A DNA stretch of 64,000 bases. Source: a virus. Its lineage: Duplodnaviria > Caudoviricetes. The DNA is taken from IMG/VR virus record IMGVR_UViG_3300005805_000002, positions 1-64,000 of that record, one strand, 5' to 3'. Shown piece after piece: positions 1-11,000 of this stretch. A program made the position numbers and the translations under genes. Every line of letters begins with the position of its first letter. The stretch's first letter is position 1. The notes under the pieces are model-generated. The model had not been told where the DNA came from. It ran no database searches and saw only the letters and a list, made by a program, of their open reading frames with translations.

Positions 1-1662
1 CACCCAACAGCTACGACTACAACGTCGGGGTTCATGTCGTCCAGTGACAAGACAAAGCTCGACGGCATTGCCAGCGGAGCCGAGGTCAACGTCAATGCGG
101 ATTGGACTGCAACTTCGGGGGACGCTCAGATTCTCAATAAGCCTACAATACCTCCAACCGCTGTTGTAGATGCAGAACTACACTTAACATCAGGAGGGTC
201 GCCTCCATTTTGGCCTCTCATCCGTTTAGGCCCATTCAGCGTCTATAGGGTCCGCATTTCTGAGCCGATTGAACTCGGAGTGTCGTTAGTAGGTGACCAA
301 TCTGAAGTTGGTGATATTGCTCAAGTGATTCTGACCCGCACGTCTAATGTAAGCGCGACTCTCAATATAGCTTATGCCGACGCTTCCGGCGGCGTTATGC
401 CAATCGGAGTCATTAGGCCCGGACACTCTGTATACTTTTATAATCTTACAGGTGACCGCTTTGGGTGGATGCCTTTGCAAACCCCTGTCGATTGGAATTT
501 GCCGTCTAGCGGTAACGCGTTCAATTCTATAGCAAATAAACCCTCAACCTTTCCTCCGTCCGCTCACGACCACAACGACCTTTATTATACGGAGAGCGAG
601 ACCGATACGCTTCTCTCGTCTAAACAAAACGCGCTTGTTCGCGCTACTGTTTCGTCAAGCACTAATCAGACGGTTAACTTATCGGAATCTCGGAATCGTG
701 AAGTCACCGTTAACAATTATAGTAATACGTTGACATTGGTTTTGCCGCGCATGGAGAATGCAAACTCCACGCACGACAATGCGAAAGACGGGGATAGATA
801 CGTTTTTAGGTCGGGCACACTGACTGGTGGCTCTACTACATTAGTCACTGCATATACGTGGACTGGTAGCGGGTATCAGAATACGACGTCCACGTTGCTT
901 ACGCTTACTGGTGGGACTTGGACATTCCTTTTGCGCTCCGGCGCGTGGGTTCTGGAGAGCGTTCAACCTCACGATCACGCCATAGCTAGCACATCTACTG
1001 CTGGCTTCATGTCTTCTGCCGACAAGGCTAAACTTGATGGAGTAGCTTCTGGTGCAGAGGTCAATGTTAATGCGGATTGGAATGCAACTTCGGGAGATGC
1101 ATTCATTTTGAATAAGCCGACGATTCCCACTATTACGCCAAATGCAGGACCTTCCTTTATTTATAGATACGGGGGCACTGGGACTGGGCAGTCTTTCAGT
1201 AACAGCGGATTCGTTGGACCCGGTAATGTGACGTTGAGTGATAGTGCAGCAAATGGGAGCCCCGTAGGAGGTTTTGGATTCTACGGTGGATGGGACGATT
1301 TAGAGTATACGCGTTTGTGGGTTAACCCAAAAGTGCTGTTCCCAAATCACAATCGTTTTAGGATTTACGCTCTTACAAAAGCTACGGGCCAGTTCGGTGA
1401 CGGGATTTGGACTATGGTAAGATTCCTGAGTCCTACAAACGTGCAGTCCACGGTGCCCGGTCTCCAAGCGTTCGGGGGTCTAGGCAATAATAGCTTAGGT
1501 GGCAATGTAGCTGGGGGTCTCTATGTCGGAACGTCCGATCTACTAGTGACGGATGACTACAACTTTTACACTACTTTCATAGCGTATTTTGCTGCTTACA
1601 ACGACGGAAACGGCGCATCTATAGGCCAGACCCAAATTCATTTACAAGGAGTCAATATATGA
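1..1662 (+). CDS. Tail fibre protein, 5'-truncated
   Basis: Frame is open from base 1 (HPTATTTTSGFM...). Contains a repeated 'GFMSSxDKxKLDGxASGAEVNVNADWxATSGDAxILNKPTIP' unit and 'KPSTFPPSAHDH..YYTESE' fibre motifs. Confidence 0.75.
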   Translation, partial: HPTATTTTSGFMSSSDKTKLDGIASGAEVNVNADWTATSGDAQILNKPTIPPTAVVDAELHLTSGGSPPFWPLIRLGPFSVYRVRISEPIELGVSLVGDQSEVGDIAQVILTRTSNVSATLNIAYADASGGVMPIGVIRPGHSVYFYNLTGDRFGWMPLQTPVDWNLPSSGNAFNSIANKPSTFPPSAHDHNDLYYTESETDTLLSSKQNALVRATVSSSTNQTVNLSESRNREVTVNNYSNTLTLVLPRMENANSTHDNAKDGDRYVFRSGTLTGGSTTLVTAYTWTGSGYQNTTSTLLTLTGGTWTFLLRSGAWVLESVQPHDHAIASTSTAGFMSSADKAKLDGVASGAEVNVNADWNATSGDAFILNKPTIPTITPNAGPSFIYRYGGTGTGQSFSNSGFVGPGNVTLSDSAANGSPVGGFGFYGGWDDLEYTRLWVNPKVLFPNHNRFRIYALTKATGQFGDGIWTMVRFLSPTNVQSTVPGLQAFGGLGNNSLGGNVAGGLYVGTSDLLVTDDYNFYTTFIAYFAAYNDGNGASIGQTQIHLQGVNI

Positions 1663-2102
1663 GTGTTGAAGAAAGTATTGCTCGGTTTTTTCCAGACCAG
1701 CTTGTGGTAAATGCTACCACGGTATGCGTTGTGGGGGACACTGTATCCCTATACAGCGGCGGAGAAGTACCAGTTGGCGGCACTGTCTATACATACAGTC
1801 GGGACTATGGGCGGGTCGAGATAAAGCCTGCTGCTAGTTACTCAGCCGAGGAGTGGATAACCCAGCGCGGTTTTGGCTCCATCCGGCTTGTTACTTTGTT
1901 GGACTTGGAAGCCAAGCTAAACAGTGCGAACCAGTCCGCTCCAAAACTTAACGCCACGCGACAATGGCTTGACAGTATAACGGTAAGCTACGCCGCAGAC
2001 CCGTCGCCCCGCTATAATTGGCCTATAGAACCTGAGTCTTTTGAAGAAGTTATCCAAGAAGCAGTGGGTATATTAGCGCAAATACAAGGAGGAGAAGTAT
2101 GA
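1659..2102 (+). CDS. Hypothetical protein, possible fibre assembly chaperone
   Basis: ATGA overlap with the fibre gene; assignment is by position only. Confidence 0.45.
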   Translation: MSVEESIARFFPDQLVVNATTVCVVGDTVSLYSGGEVPVGGTVYTYSRDYGRVEIKPAASYSAEEWITQRGFGSIRLVTLLDLEAKLNSANQSAPKLNATRQWLDSITVSYAADPSPRYNWPIEPESFEEVIQEAVGILAQIQGGEV

Positions 2103-2389
2103 GTACAGAAGTAATAGAAGCAGCAAACTACGCAGCCCAGCAGTCCGATAGATGGCTATTTGTCGCGCTGTTAGTAATTGGTCTTATGTGTATAGGGATT
2201 TTGTTTAAGTATTTCACTGGGAGGCTCGACCACCTTCAGTCGCGCATGGATACGCAGACTAGTGAATTTCTCAATCACTTGAAGACGGCCAACAAAGAGA
2301 TGTTGGACGTTATCGCGTTGGCAAATGCCACAATCACAAAAAACTCCACTTTGCTTGAGCGGCTGGAGCGCAAACTCGGAGGGGTTTAA
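2099..2389 (+). CDS. Single-TM membrane protein, holin-like
   Basis: N-terminal TM segment (WLFVALLVIGLMCIGILF) plus a coiled-coil tail; lies in the lysis cluster. Confidence 0.5.
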   Translation: MSTEVIEAANYAAQQSDRWLFVALLVIGLMCIGILFKYFTGRLDHLQSRMDTQTSEFLNHLKTANKEMLDVIALANATITKNSTLLERLERKLGGV

Positions 2390-2397
2390 GAACAATT

Positions 2398-2679
2398 ATG
2401 AAAACCATACTAACAAAACTGTTGGGAGTTACGTCGGCCGTTTGGAATTTTTACGGCCCAATTCTAAGAAGCATGGTTGTGAGTAGCGCTTCCGCACTTC
2501 TTCCAATCGCTTTGGAGATCGTTCGATCTCTGGCCCAGACCGACAAGTCCGGAGCGGAGAAGCGAGACGAGGCAATCGCGGCTCTCCGTTCTGCGGCAAT
2601 TCGTCAAGGAGTCGACGCTACAGAAAGCCTGATCCGGTGGACCGTGGAAAGCGCCGTTCAGCGCATGAAAGTGTCCTGA
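2398..2679 (+). CDS. Hypothetical lysis-cluster protein
   Basis: Hydrophobic N-terminal half; sits between holin-like genes. Confidence 0.45.
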   Translation: MKTILTKLLGVTSAVWNFYGPILRSMVVSSASALLPIALEIVRSLAQTDKSGAEKRDEAIAALRSAAIRQGVDATESLIRWTVESAVQRMKVS

Positions 2680-2681
2680 CC

Positions 2682-3017
2682 ATGAACTCGATCAAACTCA
2701 AAGCACTTCAGTTTTTGGTCTCCAAAGCCGGGGGACTTCTAACGCCCATTATAGCGTCGGCTGTGGCATGGGTGGTAGCTAAACTTGCTGCCATCGACCC
2801 TAGTTTGGCTGGCTCGGTAGACCAAACGGCCATCGTCGGTTTCGTTCTCGCGTTTGTTATGTCGGCGGTCAATTACTGGACCAACTCGGTACAGACTGAG
2901 GGGGTGAAACAGATTCAGGCCTTGGTTAACGCTAAGCAAGACGGCGTTCCCGGACCCGTGACCTACGTTGAAGTGCGTAAGGCTATTCCTGTTAAGAGGT
3001 CTACTCGCAAACGGTAG
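2682..3017 (+). CDS. Two-TM holin-like protein
   Basis: Likely ATG at 2682 (MNSIKLK...); two hydrophobic helices and a basic C-terminus; upstream of the endolysin. Confidence 0.5.
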   Translation: MNSIKLKALQFLVSKAGGLLTPIIASAVAWVVAKLAAIDPSLAGSVDQTAIVGFVLAFVMSAVNYWTNSVQTEGVKQIQALVNAKQDGVPGPVTYVEVRKAIPVKRSTRKR

Positions 3018-3197
3018 GTGACCGAGGAACAGCAGATTGAGCATGTGCTCAAGGAATGCCAGACCCCTCCAAGAGCAGAAGACCGTAGTCCGGCGTGGAT
3101 TCGTTTTTTGAAATCGCTACGAGTCGTTCTCAAACCCGGTTCTTCCCTGAAGAAGCCGCTAAAACAAGTCGTAATTAAAGGAGGCATAGATTTCTGA
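3018..3197 (+). CDS. Small hypothetical protein (59 aa, absent from the ORF track)
   Basis: GTG directly after the previous TAG; reads VTEEQQIEHVLKEC...VIKGGIDF; its TGA overlaps the endolysin ATG. Confidence 0.5.
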   Translation: MTEEQQIEHVLKECQTPPRAEDRSPAWIRFLKSLRVVLKPGSSLKKPLKQVVIKGGIDF

Positions 3198-3778
3198 TGA
3201 ATCAAACGCAGATAAAAATAATGCAAGAGACCGTTGGCGCTGAGCCTGACGGTTTTTGGGGGCCGAAGTCCATCGCAGCTTGTCAAAAGTATCTGCGATC
3301 CCTCATGCCCTCCCCACACGCTTTCCCAAGACAAGATCAAAAGAGTCTGTCCTCATTTTATGGAGCCCCGGGAAATGTGACGATGGTGCAAGTGCCAGTC
3401 CCCTACAAGATGTTCTTGTATGGAGGGCCCCAAACCGTTCGGACGATCCCTATTCACGAGAGGCTAGGACCAAGTTTGGAAAGGGTGCTCAAGGACTTGG
3501 GAAACAGGTACAGGACCGACGAGTCGAGATCAGAGGCTGGTATTAATCGATACTTTGGCACGTACGCTAACCGGAAAATGCGGGGAGGAAGTCTGCCCAG
3601 TTTGCACGCCCGGGCCGCAGCAATCGATTTCGATGCCAACCGTAACGGGAATCTTACGCACTGGCCTACCCGGGCTGTCATGCCACTAGACGTCATGGAG
3701 ATATTCGCACGAGAAGGCTGGCTTGCCGCCGGAGCGTTCTGGGCTAGGGACGCGATGCATTTCCAAGCAACTCAGTAG
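3197..3778 (+). CDS. Endolysin, M15-family Zn peptidase with N-terminal peptidoglycan-binding segment
   Basis: SLHARAAAIDFD and DAMHFQ Zn-ligand motifs; N-terminal 'VGAEPDGFWGPKSIAACQKYL'. Confidence 0.85.
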   Translation: MNQTQIKIMQETVGAEPDGFWGPKSIAACQKYLRSLMPSPHAFPRQDQKSLSSFYGAPGNVTMVQVPVPYKMFLYGGPQTVRTIPIHERLGPSLERVLKDLGNRYRTDESRSEAGINRYFGTYANRKMRGGSLPSLHARAAAIDFDANRNGNLTHWPTRAVMPLDVMEIFAREGWLAAGAFWARDAMHFQATQ

Positions 3779-3784
3779 ACTATT

Positions 3785-4114
3785 TTGAAGAAGCCGTACA
3801 ATGAGCAGAGGAGGCAACGCTACTTGGCTAAGAAGGCCCGACTCGTGGCGGAGAGAAAGTCTTCGGGGTGCCAAGTGTGCCGATACAAGGGCCACCCTAC
3901 GTCCCTTGATTTTCACCACATAGAACCCAGCCAAAAGAAAATGGGGATAAACCGGGGACTTCATTCTGGATCTTTGGCGAAGTTCACAGAAGAGCTTGGG
4001 AAGTGCGTTGTGTTATGCGCGAACTGCCACCGGAATGTTCACGCAGGAGAGATAAACCTGTCGTTTGCGAAGCTGAAGCGCCGTCGCAGGTTGCGCATCG
4101 AGCTTAATGTGTAG
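3785..4114 (+). CDS. HNH endonuclease
   Basis: CQVC...LDFHH...KCVVLCANCHRNVH. Confidence 0.85.
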   Translation: MKKPYNEQRRQRYLAKKARLVAERKSSGCQVCRYKGHPTSLDFHHIEPSQKKMGINRGLHSGSLAKFTEELGKCVVLCANCHRNVHAGEINLSFAKLKRRRRLRIELNV

Positions 4115-4126
4115 AAACTTCCTGAT

Positions 4127-4513
4127 ATGGCCCTTCGAGTATCCCAGATTCCCAAAGCCGTGGCGGAAGTCATGGCAGGTATATCTTCAGGACTTGAGGA
4201 GGCTCGTAATACCGTAGACGTCGTCCGTCCCCCTCCCAAAGTTGTGTTCTCTGGGGACATGGTAATTGCTCTGAATTCGCTCGAACGAATACAGACCGAA
4301 GTTCGCGGCCCCTCCGTTCGCACAACCGAGTTCGGTCCCCAAGTCACGGTGGATGTCGTGGAGCGGGACGGTGTTTATAGCCATACAGACACTACTACCC
4401 GGCTACCCTACTCTCGTACTGAAAGTGAGTTGGGGAGCGTAGTCACCAAGAGGGCCTACGAAGATCAGGCAATCGGTGTAGTTTTGGAGTACCCGGGACC
4501 GGAACCCAAATAA
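4127..4513 (+). CDS. Hypothetical structural protein; N-terminus paralogous to 5485..6294
   Basis: VSQIPKAVAEV versus LSQLPKAVSEV. Confidence 0.6.
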   Translation: MALRVSQIPKAVAEVMAGISSGLEEARNTVDVVRPPPKVVFSGDMVIALNSLERIQTEVRGPSVRTTEFGPQVTVDVVERDGVYSHTDTTTRLPYSRTESELGSVVTKRAYEDQAIGVVLEYPGPEPK

Positions 4514-4555
4514 GGTTTGATTTAGGTTGCAGACAACGTAAGCTGTTTCTCTACC

Positions 4556-5482
4556 ATGCACTGGAAGTTCGATATTGATCAAAGGGCGCTAACACGGGCT
4601 TTCGACGACCTGACTGTCAAAAGTGCGAAGATAGCGTTTCCCGACAAATACCCTGTCAAAATTGAGTTTTTGAGGGGTGCCACCCCCTTTGTTTTCACGG
4701 GTCTCGTTCGCGCCACGATCAAGCCAGTTAACCAGCAAACCTCCGGGGCTTTAGCTACCTCGAATATCACAGTTACTAATACGTCTGTAGCAGAGGGGAT
4801 TCTTAACACTAACACGCTACAGATGCTCGACTTCGTGAAGAAGTTCGGAGAGCGCCCGGTTGCTTTGGAACTCCTTGCTGTCGATAACGCTGGAGCAGAA
4901 GTGGCAAGTTGGACTGTTAACTGCGATCTCTCAAGACGGTACACTGACTCCAACGACATTGCCCAAGATCTACCCAGTCTAAAGGCCTCTCAGGCAGAGG
5001 CCGTTGCGGGGACCGACAACACCAAGTGGATGACCCCGCTCAGAACTTTTCAGGCTATCGCAGCCTACCTTTCGTCTGGTCTTCAGGTGACGTGGGCTAT
5101 GATCTCCGGTAAACCCAGTACTTTTCCCCCGGATTCTCATACGCACACTTGGTCCGAAGTGTTAGGTGTACCCAGCGTTTTTCCTCCTTCGGCACACACG
5201 CACGACGACCGTTATTACACTGAAACTGAGACTGATACACTTTTAAGTGGCAAAGCTAACGTTTCACATCAGCACTCCGTCTCAGATCTTCAACAGAGTG
5301 GCGCGTCAGTCGGCCAAGTTCTCAAGTGGAACGGTTCGGCGTGGGCTCCGGGAGTAGATAGCGCCGTAGTTGAATGGGATAGCGTCTTGAATAAGCCCTC
5401 AACGTTTACCCCAAGCTCACACACGCACACGCTCGCGGATATATCTGCGGCTCTTCTTTCCGCCGGGATTGATGTAGAGTAG
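4556..5482 (+). CDS. Tail/baseplate attachment protein with fibre repeats
   Basis: ASQAEAVAGTDNTKWMTPLRT motif; repeated KPSTFPPxxHTH and YYTETETDTLL shared with the ORF at 1..1662. Confidence 0.65.
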   Translation: MHWKFDIDQRALTRAFDDLTVKSAKIAFPDKYPVKIEFLRGATPFVFTGLVRATIKPVNQQTSGALATSNITVTNTSVAEGILNTNTLQMLDFVKKFGERPVALELLAVDNAGAEVASWTVNCDLSRRYTDSNDIAQDLPSLKASQAEAVAGTDNTKWMTPLRTFQAIAAYLSSGLQVTWAMISGKPSTFPPDSHTHTWSEVLGVPSVFPPSAHTHDDRYYTETETDTLLSGKANVSHQHSVSDLQQSGASVGQVLKWNGSAWAPGVDSAVVEWDSVLNKPSTFTPSSHTHTLADISAALLSAGIDVE

Positions 5483-5484
5483 TT

Positions 5485-6294
5485 ATGGCGAAAGTACTTC
5501 TATCCCAGCTACCGAAAGCGGTCTCCGAGGTAATTGGAAACATTTACCAAGGCGTCGTCGCAGCTAGGGATACGGGAATCGACTGGGCCAAAAGCCCCGA
5601 GAAAGTTGACTTTCAAGTCGAAGTCGTTCTGGGCCTCAATGAGTACCAGCGCCAGCAGATAGAGTCGGCAGATGGAGTTACCCGTATCGTCAACGAGGGG
5701 GCTCAGATAACTGTCCAACAACAGGGCGGCGGCGTCTCCGTAACAACCGAACAGTCAACTGACGTGTCTCAGGATGCGGAAAGTTCGGTTGGCAACAGCT
5801 CCAGCACAAGCTCTCGGACCTCCAGCGGGTCGAACACAAGTAACAGCACGCGCAGCTCAAGTGGGACCCGCAATTCTAATAGCAACTCGAATAGTAACGA
5901 GAATAGGAGTTCTAATAGCAACCGCAACTCTAATAGTAGCTCGAATAGCAGTGACTCTCGTAGTTCCAGTGGCAGCCGTAGCTCAACTGGTAATCGCAGC
6001 TCCAGCGGAAGCGGAACCAGTAGCGACTCCCGCAACTCCAGCGGTAGCCGTAGTTCCAGCGGCAGCCGCAGCTCCAGTGGTAGTTCTAGCCGGAGCGGCA
6101 GCGGGTCGAGTAGCGACTCCCGTAGTTCCAGCGGCAGCCGTTCCTCTAGCGGAAGTTCCAGCCGGAGCAGCACTTCGAGCAGCTCTAGGTCTACTTCCCG
6201 TAGCGGCAGCCAGACGAATTCCTCCTCCGAATCGTCTAGTTCTTCTAATAACGGCGGAGGATCGACAACTACTTACACTTATAACTGGGCTTAA
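5485..6294 (+). CDS. Ser-rich low-complexity protein (SxSx, Arg/Asn-rich)
   Basis: Globular N-terminus followed by about 150 aa of SGSRSS/NSNS repeats. Confidence 0.65.
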   Translation: MAKVLLSQLPKAVSEVIGNIYQGVVAARDTGIDWAKSPEKVDFQVEVVLGLNEYQRQQIESADGVTRIVNEGAQITVQQQGGGVSVTTEQSTDVSQDAESSVGNSSSTSSRTSSGSNTSNSTRSSSGTRNSNSNSNSNENRSSNSNRNSNSSSNSSDSRSSSGSRSSTGNRSSSGSGTSSDSRNSSGSRSSSGSRSSSGSSSRSGSGSSSDSRSSSGSRSSSGSSSRSSTSSSSRSTSRSGSQTNSSSESSSSSNNGGGSTTTYTYNWA

Positions 6295-6299
6295 ACGAA

Positions 6300-7004
6300 A
6301 TGGCGTATACTCCCGTCAATCTTCAAAGCGAGACCACGTCCCCTTCGGGAGGCGCGGATACAAGGACGTCTACAGGCACGTCTAATTCTGTATCTACTGA
6401 AACCTCCACGTCGACGGAGAATGGGAATTCTAACGAAAACGGGAATTCAACGGAGACGGGGACCAGTACGGAGACCTCTACTTCTACCGGAACTAATACT
6501 TCCACCGAGACCGGGACAAATACGGAAACCGGAACGAGTACGGAAACGGGCACCAATACTGAGACTTCTACTTCCACTGGGACAAATACGTCTACGGAAA
6601 CTGGGACGAGCACAGAAACCGGAACTAACACGGAGACCTCGACTTCCACGGGTACCAGCACCTCTACGGAAGCCGGAACCAGCGCAGAGACAGCTACTTC
6701 CTCTGGAACCAGCGCGTCTACGGAAGTCGGAACTACTGCGGAGAGCAGCACGGGCACGGAGACCTCCAACTCTTCGGAAACCGGAAACACCAGCGAGAAC
6801 GGAAACACTAGCGGAAACCGCAGCAGCACGGGTACACGCGTAGGGAACAGCACTCGAACTGTTACAGAGCAGGGCCGAGTTACGACGACAACTGCGAATC
6901 CGAGCACTCAAACGACAACGGAAACGCCCGGTGCAAGAACCGTCAGCTCGTCCGAAGACGAGTCAGTCGTAGTAGCTTTCTCGGTCCCCATAAAATTTGC
7001 ATGA
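6300..7004 (+). CDS. Thr-rich low-complexity protein (TxTx, Glu-rich)
   Basis: STETGTNTETSTST repeats; hydrophobic beta-like C-terminus VVVAFSVPIKFA. Confidence 0.65.
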   Translation: MAYTPVNLQSETTSPSGGADTRTSTGTSNSVSTETSTSTENGNSNENGNSTETGTSTETSTSTGTNTSTETGTNTETGTSTETGTNTETSTSTGTNTSTETGTSTETGTNTETSTSTGTSTSTEAGTSAETATSSGTSASTEVGTTAESSTGTETSNSSETGNTSENGNTSGNRSSTGTRVGNSTRTVTEQGRVTTTTANPSTQTTTETPGARTVSSSEDESVVVAFSVPIKFA

Positions 7005-8080
7005 TTAACATCTACGGTCTCGACGGGGACATTTCCTACGAAGAACTGGGAGCGGTCGAGCTGCTGAGATCTAACGGCTGCCGAGTCCGCAGTATTCTTC
7101 CGCCTTCCGCCACCGACGGGGAGCTTTTCGCAGCTAAAGCTGTCTTGTCTCATTTCGCGGTAGACGTAGTTCGTTACGAAGCTGGCATGTTCGCGTCCTT
7201 GCCCGGAATAGTTTGCTTTGGCAGATATGACTTGTTCGATGTTATTCGTACCCACAGCGACAAACCTACGAAAGTCGTGTACGGAGGAGAGAATACTGTG
7301 CCTTCGCAGGAAGAGATCAGCGCTTTATCCGAGGGCTTAATCGATGAGGTATTCACCAAAGGCGCGCATTACTCAGTACGATACATACGCAACTTAGTTT
7401 ACGCCGCGAATCGGGGTGTGGAGCACCGCCCCGGCTACTTGCCGTTCTGCAACCCGGACAGCAAATATGCAGGCTTTGAATTTTGCTCCCGGCGGGATAA
7501 GCAAAGTTCTTTTCGGGTCATCCGAGACACCCCTGACGACGAGTCTTACGTATTCCCGGATCATTGGAAAATGGTTGCGGGAATCGCAGTGCCTTCTGGA
7601 AGAGAGAAGCAATTCACGGCGCTAGGGTGGGGAGAGCGCCTTAGCTCGGTCGCGGGTAATCCGACCGACCCCCAAAACAAGTGGTTTGACGAACTACCAG
7701 TAGAGCTTGTTACGCCAAAGGAGGGTTTTCGTACTCGCCGCGAATTGTATGGTTCAGCGAGCGTGCTTCTCCATTACTTTCCCGCTTACGAGGCGTTCCC
7801 TTTCGCAGTAACCACAGCAATGTTAACCGGGGTAGCCGTCGTCAGCGGCCCTTCGCCATCCGTATTGGAAATCGTTGAGCACGGCGAATCCGGGTTTATA
7901 GCTGATTCAGCGGACGAAGCCGCTTACCGAACTTCTCGCCTAGCGTGGAGTCCGAGCAAGCGGGACGCCGTAGCCGTCCGGGCTTACAAGTGGCTCGTCT
8001 CGAAGGGGCCCGGTAATCCGGACATTTGTCTTAACTGGTGGAGGCCGATCATGTCATGGCAGACGACGACTACCCTTTAA
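7001..8080 (+). CDS. GT-B (GT4-like) glycosyltransferase
   Basis: C-terminal 'YEAFPFAVTTAMLTGVAVVS...LEIVEHGESGFIA' matches the Glycos_transf_1 signature. Confidence 0.7.
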   Translation: MINIYGLDGDISYEELGAVELLRSNGCRVRSILPPSATDGELFAAKAVLSHFAVDVVRYEAGMFASLPGIVCFGRYDLFDVIRTHSDKPTKVVYGGENTVPSQEEISALSEGLIDEVFTKGAHYSVRYIRNLVYAANRGVEHRPGYLPFCNPDSKYAGFEFCSRRDKQSSFRVIRDTPDDESYVFPDHWKMVAGIAVPSGREKQFTALGWGERLSSVAGNPTDPQNKWFDELPVELVTPKEGFRTRRELYGSASVLLHYFPAYEAFPFAVTTAMLTGVAVVSGPSPSVLEIVEHGESGFIADSADEAAYRTSRLAWSPSKRDAVAVRAYKWLVSKGPGNPDICLNWWRPIMSWQTTTTL

Positions 8081-11000
8081 GTTTTCTCCCGCCTATGAAG
8101 TTCGACCCCTTCATGGGTCGCTCGTTGATACGTAAAGGCGGTGCCGGGGGAAGCCCTTCTTTAACATGGAGAACTGGGTATCCATACGATTTAATGGAGG
8201 ATATTCCTCCACTCGGAGCAAAGAATTCTACAAGTGCTCGTGGCGGAGCTGTTAAGTACATAGATCCTAGCTATCCCGGAGTGTTCCCGCAGATAGACAG
8301 ATATTTTGCCTTTGTCGCTAAAGAAGAAGAGATAAGCCTGTGGGGCTACGTCAAACAAGCCGCCGAGTGGAACTGGCAGGTACGAATTCCGTATGACGGG
8401 AAAAGCGTGACTCAGGCTCTCTACAATACAGCCAGCGAGACATATCTGGCTGCGGTCATCAAAGACCAAAACAAAGAGTCTTCTGTATGGGGGTACAACG
8501 AGAACGCAAAGCGGAACTACCGAATTATCGCGGATCAAGACGAGGCTAAAGTCGAAGCGTGGGAGAATGACGGCGCGGAGTCTAAGTATATCATTGCGAC
8601 CACGAAGGACTTTCCCACTACAACGCCTAGCCATTCCAAAAACAAACGTTTGGTACTGGCTTCAGAGTCTTTCAAAAACACTAAGCCTCAACTTGTGAAG
8701 CTGCGTGAACTGGAACTGGACTTGCCAAAAGGGTGCCCTTTTGATCTGACATTCGCTGTTAACGAAAACACTGACTCATCGGTCGGCGCAGTAAAGCATA
8801 CTGGATGCACTATTGTAGATGGAGAAAACGTAGGCAACGGCGTCTTTGAACGCTATGCGGCAGCCGTTGCTGAAACGACCAACGCAGGGTTCACGGCGTA
8901 TTACGGCGTCTCGAATGAAGGGTACTTGGATGCCTCCACAAAAGGGCAGGCAGAGACATACGTTTGGGGATATGCGGATCAAGGAGAAACTAATTTCAGG
9001 AGCCAAGCCTTTGGGTACGACGCGAAAACGGAGATCTGGCATACCAATGGAAACGAGTACGCTTCGCTGAGCTATACCACGGCCGACTCGGGAGCCTACG
9101 GTTTTCACGGGTCCGACAAAAAGTACTGGAGGATTTACGCCACCAACACCCGGCCCGAAATGCAATTGTGGACAGGTGATGGCAGGGCATGGGCCTCCAC
9201 GTTCGCTCAACCAGCAGAGTCGGCTTTCTACGGCTGGTGCGACACGCAACAATCTTCTGCACGAATGCGCTGCATTCCATTCAAGGGGCAAGTAGAATTG
9301 TGGCGTTCCGACGGCATGAATTACGCCCTCATGGAGCAGAAGCCGGGCGAGGCCTCGTTTTACTGTTTCTCAAATAATCAGGCGTTCAATTTCAAGGCAG
9401 CCACAACTCCCGGCAATACCGACAAAGCGGAGATGTCTGTATGGGCAAATGGTGATTCCGGGTACGCCGTTGTCGGGACTAAGGGCCAAGCTGAAACTTA
9501 CTTATGGGGTTACGCGGACCAAGGAGATTCAAACGTAAGACTACGGGCTTTTGGCGCGGACGCTTCACTGGAAGCGTGGAATAATCAGCAAGAGCGTGGT
9601 ATTTACATCGACACCAAAGACTTTCCGTCTTCGTCGAGTGGCACAAAAAAGAAAAGGTTGGTCGCGGCTTCCGAGCAGTATAGTAACGGGGCCAAGCCCG
9701 AGATTGTAAAGCTGCGCGAACTAGAGTTAGGGATACCGCATGGCTGCCCTTATGATCTTACTTTTGATATAGCCGACAACGCCAATTCCGCCACAGGATC
9801 TGTCAAACATACGGGATGTATCAACCAAGACGGAGAACTGGTCGGCAACAACATTTACGACAGATACGCGGCCGCACGTTCAGACTCAGCTAAGACGGGT
9901 TTTGTCACTTATTTCGGCACGAGCAACGATGGCTATCTCGACATGTCCACAAAAGGACAAGCAGAGACCTATGTGTGGGGCTATGCGGACCAAGGAGAAA
10001 CTAATTTCAGGAGCCAAGCATTCGGTTACGAGGCTCGTACGGAGCTGTGGCATAACAACGGCGATGAGTACGCTATTCTGGGCTACACCACGACACAATC
10101 CCGAGTATACGGGTTTCATGGCTCCTCCAAAAAGTACTGGTTGGTGGGCGCGGACGGCACCAAAACGGAAGCTACTGTTTGGACTGATGGTAACGACGGG
10201 TATGCTAGCCTCGGCACCAAAGGGCAAGCGGAGTCGTATGCTTGGATCTACGCGGATCAAGGGGATTGTAATGCTCGGCTAAGGGCATTTGGAGCGGACG
10301 CTTCGTTGGAGGCGTGGAACAACCAACAAGACCGCGCTATTTATCTAAATACTAAGGAGTTTCCGAATACATCGTCTGGTACAAAGAAAAAACGTCTAGT
10401 AGCCGCTTCTGAGAGTTATAGCAACGGTGCGAAACCGACTATGGTTAAGCTGCGGGAGCTTGAACTATCGATTCCGCATGGATGTCCTTTTGACATTATT
10501 TTCAATGTAGCCGACAGCTCTAATTCGGCGTCCGGCGCTGTCAAACATACGGGATGTGTAAATCAAGACGGAGAGCTTGTCGGCAACGACGTGTACGAGC
10601 GATATGCTGCTGCGAGAGCGGAGTCCGCCCAAACGGGTTTTGTGGCTTACTGGGAGCCGTCGTCTCGCGTTTACCTAGACAACTCTGTTAAGACAGACGA
10701 GACATACACCTACGGGTACGCCGACAACGGCACATCGAGCCACAGGCTCCGATCAAAAGCCTTTCGCTCGGAGTTAGAGTTATGGCGAGATGACGGAGAA
10801 GGGTACGCGTTGTTGAGACAAGAATCGTTTGCTACCTCTCTGTGGTGCAACGCTGGGGGTGAAGTATACAACGTAAAAATGGCGGCGGATACCGGAGCCG
10901 ACAGCTCGTACTTCAGAGCCTACGGGTCTGGCTCGAACGTGTTCACCTCCATGCATACGGAGCCTGACAAGGCGTCCACGTGGGGCTACTCCAACAACCA

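Noticed and set aside
34-1125. Near-duplicate segments at about 30-150 and 1005-1125 as a DGR template/variable repeat pair
   Set aside because: Differences are mostly synonymous and not adenine-specific, both copies are in-frame fibre repeats, and there is no reverse transcriptase in the window.
5769-6911. Overlapping ORFs with LELR/VPVS/Pro-Arg repeats
   Set aside because: They are alternative-frame and antisense shadows of the Ser- and Thr-rich genes.
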